From Balanoglossus misakiensis (taxonomy: Eukaryota > Animalia > Hemichordata), in the NCBI GenBank assembly GCA_040954595.2, contig CM082583.2, positions 4,143,274-4,207,273 on the forward strand: a stretch of DNA of 64,000 bases. Reading direction: 5' to 3'. The first letter of the stretch is position 1. Each line of letters starts with the position of its first letter. Positions 29,201-41,900 of the stretch are shown here, in pieces. The position numbers were made by a program, and so were the translations under genes. The notes beneath the pieces were generated by a model, which saw only the letters and a program-made list of their open reading frames with translations, did not search any database and was not told the origin of the DNA.

Positions 29201-30930
29201 ATTGAGTTTTGCGTGGTGAACGAAGGCGCCAGATTATCAGCGAAAACGCCAATTCAATTCCCCGAGTTGAAATAACCCATTGAACCGTTAATAGTGTTAT
29301 TGATACAAAAGCATTACTTTTAGTAAATATTGACAATAATAAAAAAAGCATGGGAATCAATTTACCATTATGATGGAAGCTGAAATGACGGATGTATGAC
29401 TCATTCTGGACTTCCAGGAAGGATATAAAAGGTATTCTTTATGTTTCATGCCCAATTCGGTGAAATCGGTAAGGTTTTGAATGCGTGGAGCATCCGGCTC
29501 TACAGCACCACGCGTCTGTGACCAGGTTAAAAGGCCACCGGTTCACGCGTAAAATCGTATTATACCACGCGTGTGTGCTTCGCTTCATGTTCACTATCAA
29601 ATCGACATCTTAAAATGACATTGGGTGCCCATTGTGGATTACACACACTACTTTGGCCAGACAATAAATTGCATATCTCGAAAACGGTCAATTTTAAAAT
29701 ATATAGGCAAATGTGTGACGACTATGTATTTGTGTAGTATGTGTATATGTAAACACGAAAGGCAATAAAGGTTTGATTAAAAAAAAAAAAATTAAATATT
29801 TATTTCACATTCGCTTATATTTGTATTGCATGCGGACCCTAAAAGTACTTTGTTTGGATATTTATTAATACGTTTTGCAAACGTTTTGATGCATTCATTT
29901 TTGCGAATAATTTACTTGCTGTATGTTTTTTTAACTATTTATGCAGTACCGTCAGTTGGATAAACACATGTACATCTGTGGTTAAAACTATTAGTAATGT
30001 AACTGAATAACATCATTTAATACAGAGTATAGCATGGCAAATATTTATCCCAATTTAATCCAACGTTTAAAGGTACGATACCCACGGGTCATCAACGCAA
30101 ATTTAACCACTGGTACCATGGAGAATTCACACTGTAGCCAATCACAGTGGGTTATTGGCTGAGCATGTCCACTTAACAATGGACAATAACTGTAACTTTT
30201 ACTAAAGAATTAGACTCTGTAGGACAGTACACTTGGACCAATTGAGTGCGAATTTGAGCACGACCATACTACCCGAAGTCATTTGGTTTTCAGTGGGCAG
30301 GTTTGAATTATCCACGACCCCTAGAAAGTAGGGAGAGAAGCTTAGAACTTTCTATTTTCCAATCACTTGGAGACGTGTTACACTCTATGTAGTCATATGG
30401 CTCACCGCGCATGAAAGTTACAACATTTGATATGCACTATTATGTTGACACCCTATATGTTTAATCTATATATTTATGGCAAAACTAATATGCCTTCTCT
30501 GTTGAATCTTTCATTGTTTAGTTGTGCTTCTAACTGCGAAATGCCCCATACTGGTGTTATTTGATCTGTGCACCCATGTGACCTTTCGCACGTTCATAAT
30601 ATTTGTAAAAGGTACTCAACCTTCATCTGTGTGTACGGTTGCTGTTTTTTCCCCAATTTCACTTGACAGAAACTTGGACAAATACTCATCCCGATCACGT
30701 GACGGAAACGTTAATACTCCCCTTCCTGTTATGGACTGTTGCGTAGCATTTCATTAATTGACATTCGGGTAGTCCGTTCCGGTGCGATCGAGTACACGGC
30801 AGCGCGGGCAGTTTCCATCAAACCACTGAGACGATATCATAGTCACTCTGGAGTTGTCGTTTTTTAATTCCAGATTCAATTTTCGTCTGGAAACTTCAAC
30901 TTGAAGCGGAGCTGTCTTTCCAGATGCGTG

Positions 30931-32877
30931 ATGGGATCGCCGATCTTGTTTACCTTCGTTGTCATGGCAACCCTTCTTCAGGGAGGAGAGAGTTTTCTCT
31001 TCTCGTCAGTCGGTAAGGACCATCAGCGACTAATCTATATGGACTACCTCTGATTATATTGTACTGGAATAGAAATCTTGTTTCCATATTTTGGTGAAGT
31101 GTGTGGTGATTTCGATGTACAATACGTTTGTTTTCCTGATTATACTTTAAATATGATGTAAACATGTTTGAATTCGTGACATCGTAGAAGTGACGTCTGT
31201 GGTGGAAGGAGAACGCGATACAGCTAGTGTACAATTACGCCTCCTAGTTTACTATATTACACGTATCTTGTTCACCTTTTTAGCAGAAAAGAGAATTCTC
31301 AATCAGATGATCTTTGAACAATAACCTGATTGGAATCTTTGTGGTTGATATATTGCTATATTTGACACAAATCGGCCAATTTTCCAAAGTCTAATTCAGT
31401 ATAAGTGCGAATTTCCGTCGATTCTTCAATTACGTCACACTCCAAGCGACGCTTCAACACTTGGTGTTGAGATTGGTAGAGGAATGTAATGAATGAAGTT
31501 ATTGATGATCCACACGATACTTCCATTATTTTCAGGCGGTGTTGATCGCAATAAGATTGGAGTCGAGTGGATATCGCGGCAGTATGCAGACGTGTGGCAA
31601 CTGTCTACAAACATCAGCTGGCCTTCCCCTGCAGGTACGAGACGGGAAGAGGAAGTCAGAGATACCGGGACACAGAGACAGAGTCAGACAGGCCGGCAGA
31701 TAGAGAGACAAGGACAGACAGACAGATAGAGATAGACAGACCGACAGAGGGAGAGATTTGCAGAGACATAGACAGGCAGACAGACACAACTAAGACTATG
31801 GTCTGAAATGGAGACAAATACGTGGACAAAAAGAAAGAGTCAGTCATGCAGACAGAGGACAAAGACAGACACTGTGGACAGACAGACAGTTCCATTTACA
31901 TTTATTTGATCATTGGACAGACAGACAGACAGACAGACAGTTCCATATATTCTATCATTATTGTTTTAATCTTCAGCATCCCTTCAAATCACAGACATGT
32001 CCAGGGAGAAGGAGTTTCTAATCCGACTGACTCAACGTGATTCACACTGTGCAACTTACAGCAGTACGGATGTTATAAGCGAAGAAGAAAAGACTTGGTG
32101 TCAAACACCGTTGTTTCCGTTTAAAGTTGAACCAACAGATATCCACACGGTAAGCAAACCAGACAAGATTGAGTACATGTAAACTGAAAACAGTAAATGT
32201 TAAATTAGGAGTGTATTCGAAACTTATCAACCATTCAATGTGGGTCAGTTGACATCTTTGCTGAACAAGAAACTGCTATGAGGTGACATGTTATAATATA
32301 TAGTATAGAGTGACTGCCATTGATTCTAAAAGGTTGACAAATTGTATTTGTCAATTCTGGAAAAAGGAAGAAGAATTCATACGACACTAGCTATACGGCC
32401 TGCATATTAAAAGTAGGTCACACTCACTGGCACGGACAACCCCAAGGACTGAGAGAATAGCCTGGCGGAAGAAAGCCACTGAAACAGGTCGATATAGTTT
32501 TGAACGAGTACGAAAAAGTTCTCGAGTGAGACTACCTTCCATTACGACATGCACAAGAATACAGCATTTTCACGTTGCTCCTGACAAAGAACTTTGACTC
32601 CGATCCATGACATGACAACTTATTGATAAATTGTATCATTTCAGGATGAAAACTTCATACAGTTAGAGGGCTTAGAGTATGGATTCAAATACACTATCAT
32701 GGTAACGTATCTAATTTTTTTTTATTTATCATAGAAATACTCAAGGACACAAAGTTTAGTATACCCGAATGTACAACATTTTCTCATACAGGAATGAATG
32801 TATACAATATCAGCATTACCAATAGTGGACATTAGACAGAAACGACCAGTGGAGGCTCACCGGTGTAATCAACACTG

Positions 32878-32912
<35 letters not shown>

Positions 32913-35900
32913 CCAGGCAACCTGGCCGCACTAGATGGTTGCACGTTGAGCCACGATTGCCTGTGCCTCTATATTGAAGTTATGCATGCATATACGTCTG
33001 CTTTTGTCGGTTCTACAAGATTTGCGTATTTGCCTTCTCCAGGTGGCTGTCTTAGACAGCACAACCAATCAAACAAGTGTCCCGGCGTGCAAGGAAGAGC
33101 AATCCCCAGGTAAGCCGACGTTTGCAAATACTTCGAGATATGGCGTCACGTGATGCAGACAGCGTCACGTGATCATTAAGAAACTGCAAGAACGGCTGGT
33201 TTGTTGGTTGGTTATTTTTTAATACACTACAGACTGAATGTCCTGTTCTACCTGGCGCGCCTGCTCCTGAACGCAGCAAGCCAGGTGGCTCGCCCTGCTC
33301 GCCAGGCCCGGTGAGCGTGCTTGCTGAGCGCGCCAGGCTTGCTTTCTGAATATTCATGAGCTACCTGGCTTGCATGGCCAGCCTGGTCACAGGAAGCGCG
33401 CTTGTTTACCTGGCGCACTAGACTTGCTCCAAGTCTATGGGCTTCATTATGTGTAGGGAACGCGTAGACCCACGCTACCCAAAACCACAAGCTCAGTCCC
33501 AAATTCGAAACTCACCTCACTACCAAAAACACGCTCAAGGCAAGCATGCACGCAAAAAGTATTGAAATTATTTATTAAGACAAAAAACCATCGAAAACAC
33601 CTTAACTATTTAGATTTAAAAATCACCAAGCGACTAGTGGGCTAGTCTACTGGCGCACCGGTTGCTTACCAGCAAGGAAGCAGGTCGGTTTGAACCCCAA
33701 ACACGTTTGATTGATCCCATGGCATTTCTGTTTTTTCTAGTCTAGTTGCGCAACCTCCAATTCAGATAAAAGAATGCTAGTGGTTCAAAACACTATGTAC
33801 ATGTAGTCATTTATGTTCATTTGTAACCTGTGTTTTATGTTACCACAGATGCATACATGTAAGCATACACGTACAAACTACAGATCAATTGCAGCAACTT
33901 AAAAAGGACGAATATCGTAGCACTTCCTGTTTCTTGCTAACAGGGGATTAGCCCTCAGAATCTGTGTGCGTCCACACACTAAACGGACATTGTTTTGAGA
34001 TCAACGCCGTCTAAATGGCAATGTTTAGGAACACGGCAACTAACAAAAATTGAGGACGTCGAGGACATGTAATTGCAACCTATCTCAGTTTCTATACCTG
34101 GATATGCGTTCTGGACGACTTTGTCGTCTTCTTCATGACCGTTTTGATATCGTTTAGAAGTACTGGATGTTAATCCACAAATCGAAAACGCCTCGTCTTT
34201 TCGGCGATCGAAAGAACCTAAAGTTGGTGGCAGACAGAAGTGTTGCAGACCCGGCTAACCGCGAGTGGTTAGAAAACCACTCGCGTCCAGTTAGATTGAC
34301 TCAACAATGGAAACTGACCCAAGACAATAGGTTACCTAGATAAACATAATCAAAAGTCACCACAGGGTTGTGCTTTGCGTTCTCACTGTATATTTGCTTC
34401 GGTCTGGATCTGAACCACCCGTCATCGCTGTCGAAAATTAACACCGGCGCAGCACAGGCGAAAAGCATTCTCAAATATTTTTTCCCGTCGGAGTCGTATC
34501 TGGATCGTTGCTACACCGGTACTACACCGTTGAAAACGTTAATCAATGTACAACTCACCTTCTCAACATAAGTTTTATTTCAGACTAGGCATTCAGGGAG
34601 GGGCGTTTAATTCACTACGAACAAAATGTGTCCGTTGTCAGTGTTAGTTTTCTTTATTAAGCATTTAAAACACAATTACACTACATTAGTTGTACAAATG
34701 CAAGGGAACATTTCCTTTCTGAACGAGAGAATGACAATCCGACAAACATGCTGATAAAGCCCCCCCCCCCCCCAAAAAAAAAAACATCAACGGCGGAGAG
34801 CTTTATCGATTGCCTTGATGCACTGTTTTGACCACACGTCGCGCTCGGCGGATCGCGGAAAATCGTGGGATTATATTACCATGGCCTGTGCGTCGCATTT
34901 TAATTGGTCGAGATGAACGACGTCACTGACCACAAATACTCAGTAATGGTTTGTTTTCATCCCCGTAAATCTGAATAGTAATATTAGCAAACAGTTCAGT
35001 GAATACAACATTTTGCGTAACACAAGTTCCGGGGCCCCTAGTGGGACATTTTCGTAAATTTTGACGGTTTTCTTGATTTTGTTGGTAATATAATGGAAAT
35101 AACCGACTCCGCCCTGACCATAAACGTTTGTTTATGGGCGCGGGCTCGAGGAAAGCCAAAATTCATGGGCTCGGAAGCCTCGCCCATGAATTTTTGGCTT
35201 TCCCCTCGCCCTTGCCCATTAACAAACGTTAATGGTCAGGGCGTCGTCCATTATTTCTAAAATATTTTCGGAAAGTTGCTCCTTCAACTTTCTTAAGCCT
35301 CAGTGGGACTTAACTTCAATTTCTGTTTGGTACCCCCAAACACACGCCCTGTGCAAGTACGTCCGGCGCGTTCACTCGGCGAATAAACCAAACACAAAGT
35401 TGCCTATAGAGCAACTTACGACCTTACACCGGTCTATATATGATTCTGGAGTGGTATGAGATAATCCCCGGTGATAGGAGGGAACCATAGTGGAGGCGGA
35501 GAAGTCTCAATCATCCCCGCTGTCTGCGGAGACGTGAGAATCGGCTGTACTGCCGGCTGTAGTGTAGTTTGGAACGGTGGTGTAATATCAGCGGCTGGGC
35601 GTGGTGGGAGTGGTGTTGGTGACAAGGTGGGCGCTGGTGGAATCGGCGGGGGCATGATCATAGTGCCTGATCGAATGAATTGAACGATCGTTACACACAT
35701 TATTGTCGCGGTGAACGGACGCGCGTATACGTGTTGTCGATCACAGACAACAGTGTGGTCGATACTCTGACTGATTTGTCGTAGTTTCTCTGTTTGGGAA
35801 ATGGATGAAGTCACATTATTGTGCTTTGTAAGACGCAAATTACAATACTAGTATGTATCTAATATTTGAGTCATAGATTGTTCTTGTTTTCATGAGCCTG

Positions 35901-38900
35901 ACACTCAGAACTATGACCCTAGGATCCTAGTGACCGGCGCATCAAATTGTATTTTTAAAACAAACCACAGACAAAAATGTACTGACTTCAGAAGTTTTTG
36001 TTCATTGAGTTCACACATATTTTATTGTACTGACGAACAAAAAGGTGATAACAACCTGAAGAACGTGGCTGGCCGAGCATAAACATGTAACACCCGTGGA
36101 CGCTGGGAGATACAGTACAGATAAAGCGGGTAGATTTTTACTCTGAAACAAAGATAAGCTTAGATGCAGTGAATCACTATTCCTAAATTTACATCACGAC
36201 CGCGCAACGTAACTGCGGTCCATTGCATGTAAGTGTGCGGGCATCTACACCAAAAACAGCGACACGGTGCCGTTACAATTATTCCAGCTAAATATAAACA
36301 CAAGAAAACATGAATCGCGATCTGTGGATTCCCTGGATATGATTTTGAATCTGCAATAGATTGGAGATCATGTTGAGGAAAAAAACTTGATCGCACAAAT
36401 TAGTGAAAAATACATTTATGAGGTAGCTGGTACGATCCTACTGACCAAAGGCTACCTCCCGGGGCCCACCCCATTCACACCTGTGATTTACTAATGTGCA
36501 GGCTAGTGGTCAGTAGGCTTTCTTTTTCCTGTTATGCAGATTATTCTTCATTGTTGATTTCATATGAGTATCAATGCATATGACTGCTCGCAGTATACTC
36601 TCGGGCTTGATTGTTCCGACTTTTTCGTCCATAATTCTGACTACGTCCGCGACCCTTGTGGAGTGACCGTGATTCAACCAAGCGAAAAGAGCTACCCATC
36701 ACTCTAATCATTGCAGCTATGCTAGTTATAAACACAATCGCAATATTGATCGTGACATAGGCCATACATGTATATACTTTTAAATTTAAAAGGAAAAAGG
36801 AAACTTTTACTTTTGATGCATTAATTTACGAGCAGTGATTTAAGTGTGAAAAATAAAAGTACGTTCGAAGCCCTCGCTGTTTCTTCTGACAGCGGTATAG
36901 CCTCAGCGGGTTTTCCCGCTCTGCACTCGGATAGAAAGCAGAAATTAATGTAAGGAAAATCCACAATGTCTGACAGGTTACAGGTAGTAACTCGGATAGA
37001 AAGCAGAAATGTAAGGAAAATCCACAATGTCTGACAGGTGGTCAGTTTGTACAATGAGTAACTCTCATGACGAATCCTTTTCGAAAGAGACCGCTTCAAA
37101 TTGGGAGAAACAATTAGGTGTTAACGATAATGGCGTTGCTTTGTTGTTTTTTCTGTGCTGAAAGGCATTTTTGTATTGGGGTAAAGAAAATTGTGTACAA
37201 ATTATTACACGTCACATTTGTCGACTCCTGTATTTCAAAACACACAGTACCACAAACGAGAGCAAAGTTCGGTCGTATTTAATGTACAACGGATCTTTTC
37301 CTTTTTGTTGTTGTTGCTCGATAGATCATTATTCAGAAGGTCTATTTGAACATGCACGTCTCTATGGCTTCTCAGTGTACATGTATATATAGACTGTGCC
37401 GTGTCGATGGTTCCTGGTCATTTGTTCGTATGGCAACGAGTTTCAATAAGTTATATTTGCATATCGAGAGAGTGTGTTCTGCATTAAAGTTTCCGCCCCA
37501 AGCACTAGATTACTGAATAAATTCAGAGCTGATTCTCGACTTTAGTAGTTCCGACATCGATGCATTTTCCCGTTTTGCTGTTTATTTGTACTTGAGGACA
37601 TTTTATTCTACTCTGATGTGACTTGCTGTATAGTTTGTAACATTTATGTAAACTCAAAATTTTCCCTATTATTTTTCACATTTTCTAAAATAAAAAAAAA
37701 GTTACTTCACAATAGTGTCATACATGTATGTGTGCACCTGTATCTAACTCACTGACGGTGAGTTTAAAGTGGAACGTTGTGATCCGTTTTTGAGCCAATT
37801 CGGCGAAATGCGATTAAAAAGTACTATGAAAAACGTTGGTTTCATTCACTTTCACTTACGCATAACAGAGCTACAGCCAGCCAAAAACTGCGCGAACCCG
37901 GAAGTGAGTGACGTCAGCAACTGTTGTCCGCTGCCGACGCGTTGGAGCGAGCCTATGCTTATACACGCCTGCACTCACGCGACCGACGACGTTAGCATGG
38001 CAACATATTCTCGGGTAGTAGGCTACAATTTTGAACCAGAGATTCCCTTCTACGACCAAGCGACTGAATTTTACAGAGGACAAAAGTTCATGCAGTTCTG
38101 ATCTCCGATGTGTCCCGTTTGTCAAGGCTTACACTTGGTGTGGTTTCAGTGAAACCATAGACACTCCATGGGTGAAACTCCCTTGTTGTCTCTCCCTCGT
38201 TGTCACCTTTTCGAACCACTTTTCTTACAAAAATACTTTGTCACCTTTTATGGAGTTGAAGAGAACGAAGGTGCATCGTCCTGCTCTCCAGGTGTAGTAC
38301 GTCCGTAGTATAATGGAAGCCATGTGATGCTGATTATTCTTTACCTGGTTATGATAAATTTCACATCAGTCGTTGTAAAAACAATTACTTTGGTAGACCC
38401 TCAGGAGGGATAAGTATTTTTTACCGTAGTCAATTTCATAGAAATGTAAAGGTCTTTAAAAATGATTTCACCAGCGATATTGTTTGGGTTATGTTTACCT
38501 CACATTCTTTAATGATGGTTTTTGGTGTAGTCTATTTTTCCCCTCTTGGCTCGAGTAAGTATGCTGATGAGCAAAATTTTTCACTTCTTGAAGATGACTT
38601 GGCATCACTTTCAGCAAAATTTCCAGATTTCAAATTCATTGTTTGTGGAGATTTCAATGCCAGAACGGCCACTGAGCCAGATTATGTTTCAAATGATAAT
38701 GTAAACTTGCTTCCACTTGGGGATGACTATATTTTTGAGCAACAGATACCAGATAGAGCCTCTATGGACCACACTGTAAATTCTTATGGCCATTTACTAC
38801 TTAGCTTTTGCAAGCACTCTGGAATGAAAATTGTTAATGGTAGATTGTACGACGATTTAAATCACGGCCATTTTACTTGTGTGAAAGAACAAGGCGGAAG

Positions 38901-41900
38901 CGTTGTTGACTATGTTTTAACAAACTATGTAAATTTTGAGATTTTTGAATATTTTGGTGTGTCAGATCGCCCTGAGTCAGATCACCATCCAGTCTTGTTT
39001 GACTTAAAATATCACACTGTATCACAGATCTCCAATGCTAAGTCCAATGAGGCTTCAGCTCAGTATACAAAGTATACATGGAATGACAAAGATCAAAATG
39101 CGTTTGTTTCCTTTTGGGATGGTGAAAGGGGAAACAATTCTGCTACAGAGGTCATGGTTGCCCTTGAATATAATGATATTTCCCATGCTACGTCCACCCT
39201 TATGGAGTCAATTCTTGCATCAGTTCAGTCTATGAAAGTGTCTTGTACAAAATTTACTGGCTCCTATCATGGTAAATGTAAGTCCTGGTATGACCAAGAG
39301 TGTAGCCAATTGAAAAGGTGTGTTAATAAGGCTTTAAATAATTTTCGTAACAGTAGATCTAGTAGTTGTCTGAAGATCTATATTGATTTGAAAAAAGAGT
39401 ATAAATGTTTATTGAATTTCAAGAAAAATGCTTTCTATGAATTTGAGAAGCAAAAACTGGAAATATTGAGTAGACAGTCTAATTCCAAGGAATTCTGGAA
39501 GTTAATTAATGTTAAGAAATGTGGTCCAGCTCCAAATATTTCAGGGGAGGAGTGGTTTAACTTTTTTTCAGAGCTCTTTACTGAACCGTTAACACAGGTG
39601 CATACTTCAGATACAGAATTTTATGAGGAAATTAAAACATTTATGGACCAGGTAAATTACCATGAGAATTTAAATGACACTGTGTATGAAACTGGAGAGC
39701 TTGAAACTGATATTACAATGGGGGAATTTGATAATGCTCTCTGTCGCCTTAAAGGAGGTAAAGCCCCTGGGTTTGATGGGATCTCTCCTGAAATTCTTAA
39801 AAATTCTCCTTTACACCTGAAGAGACTGATTTTGTGTGTTTTCAATAAAATATTAAATACTGGTAACTTCCCAGAACAGTGGGCCCAAGGGCTAATTGTA
39901 CCTTTGCATAAGAAAGGTCCAAAAGATATTGTGAATAATTACAGGGGAATAACTCTTTTACCCACCATAAATAAGGTTTTTAGTGACATTGTTTATCAAA
40001 GGCTTCTGGCTTGGTCAGAGACATATTTTCCACTTATAGAAGAGCAAGGTGGTTTCCGAAAGAAATACTCAACTGCTGATAACATTTTTATTTTACATAC
40101 TATTGTTACGAGATATTTAGACCTAAAAGGCAGATTTTACTGTGCCTTTATAGACTTTGAAAAGGCATTTGATCGTGTAAACCATTGCCTTTTATTTTAC
40201 AAATTGTTCAAAGCAGGTTTGAAAGGCAAAGTTTTTTCTGTACTGCGCTCTATGTATGCTAATGTAACCGCATGTGTTCGAACTAGTGCAGGAATGTCTG
40301 ATTTTTTCAAATGTGAGCTAGGTGTACAACAAGGTAGTATCCTGTCCCCACTCTTATTTACTTTATTTATCAATGATATGAGAGAAGCACTTGATCATGA
40401 TTTTGCAGGAGTACACATAGCAACTATCAAACTTTTCTTCTTGCTTTTCGCTGATGATTTGACCCTTTTCAGCTCAACGAAAATTGGTTTGCAAAGATTA
40501 TTGAATAACTTATCAGTTTACGCTAGTAAGTGGAAACTGAGAGTTAATATTGACAAATCAAAAATTATTGTTTTTAGAAAGGGTGGTCGGCTAAAAGCTA
40601 GTGAAAAGTGGTTTATAAATGGTAACAGAATTGAAGTTGTCCCAGTCTATAACTACCTTGGTGTACTGTTTTCTAGCTCTGGTTTATGGAACAAAGCACA
40701 GAGTCAATTAGCAATTCAAGCTACAAAAGCTTTATTTAATGTTAAAAAATCACTATGCAAGTTTAGACTTCTTGATGTCAGCTTGGCTTTTAAAATTTTT
40801 GACACTAAAATACTACCAATTATGATGTATGGTAGTGAAGTTTGGGGTCTACATGCGGGAGAGCAGATTGAAATAGTTCAAAACAAATTTTGTCGCTTTA
40901 TATTGAAGCTTTATCATAATGCTCCAAACTTGGCTGTAAAGGGTGAATTGGGTCGTTTTTCAATCCGTACTGTCAGACTGGCCAGAGTTGTTAAATATTG
41001 GCTTAGATTATTGTCTCTCCCTCATTGTCGCATTGTGCACACCTGTTACAAATTTCAATTTTGTGAAGCCGAGAAGAGTAAAGGCTGCTGGGCTTTTGGA
41101 GTGAAACAGTTACTGTTTTCTCTTGGAATGGGTGAAGCTTGGCTGAGCCAAGGGGTTGGGAATGTTAATGTATTTTTGAGTTTGTTTAAGCAGCGTTGTC
41201 AAGATATATTCATTCAAGAATGGTACGCCAACATGAGTGCTTTCCCCAAATTGGATACCTATTGTAAATTTAAGAGTTCATTTGGTAGAGAGAAATATTT
41301 TTCAGTCTTACAGGAAGAGAAATTTCGGAATGCCTTGTGTCGCTTTCGTGTTTCTGCACATACCTTGAGAATAGAATCAGACAGACATCTACATAACCAA
41401 CGTGCTGAGAGAATTTGTCACTATTGTAACACAAATAATATAGAAGATGAATTTCATTTTTGCCTGATATGTCCATTTTATACAGATTTGAGAGCCAAGT
41501 ATATTCCAAAATATTTCTATACATTACCGTCCATTGATAAATTTGTCAAACTTTTGCAATCTGAAAATGCTTCCATTATACAGAATCTATCAAAGTTTAT
41601 ATTGTTTTCCACAAGGAAACGTCATAATGCAATACCAGGTTCAACACCTGCAAATGTTGTGTAAATAACTACATGTAAACAGCGTCTTCAGTGATGTAAC
41701 TTTATTATATGATGTATACCTATGGGCCGGTGGCCTACAGTATGTGAATAAATAATAATAATATAATGGAAGCCAATACCATAGTTATTCTATGCATGTT
41801 TCGTCTCTTGAAATGTATTAAAACTGCCCCTTTTAGTTGCTTTCATTTGATAACTATGCGATCGTCAATAAATGGAAATTAAACCCAAATACGTGTACCA

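Noticed and set aside
33640-33700. tRNA/SINE-like A and B boxes (TAGTCTACTGG, GGTTTGAACCCC)
   Set aside because: No cloverleaf can be formed. At best it is a decayed SINE head, too weak to call.
34260-34285. Perfect 11-bp hairpin CGCGAGTGGTT-AGAA-AACCACTCGCG
   Set aside because: It is isolated, has no U-tract or element boundaries, and no function can be supported.
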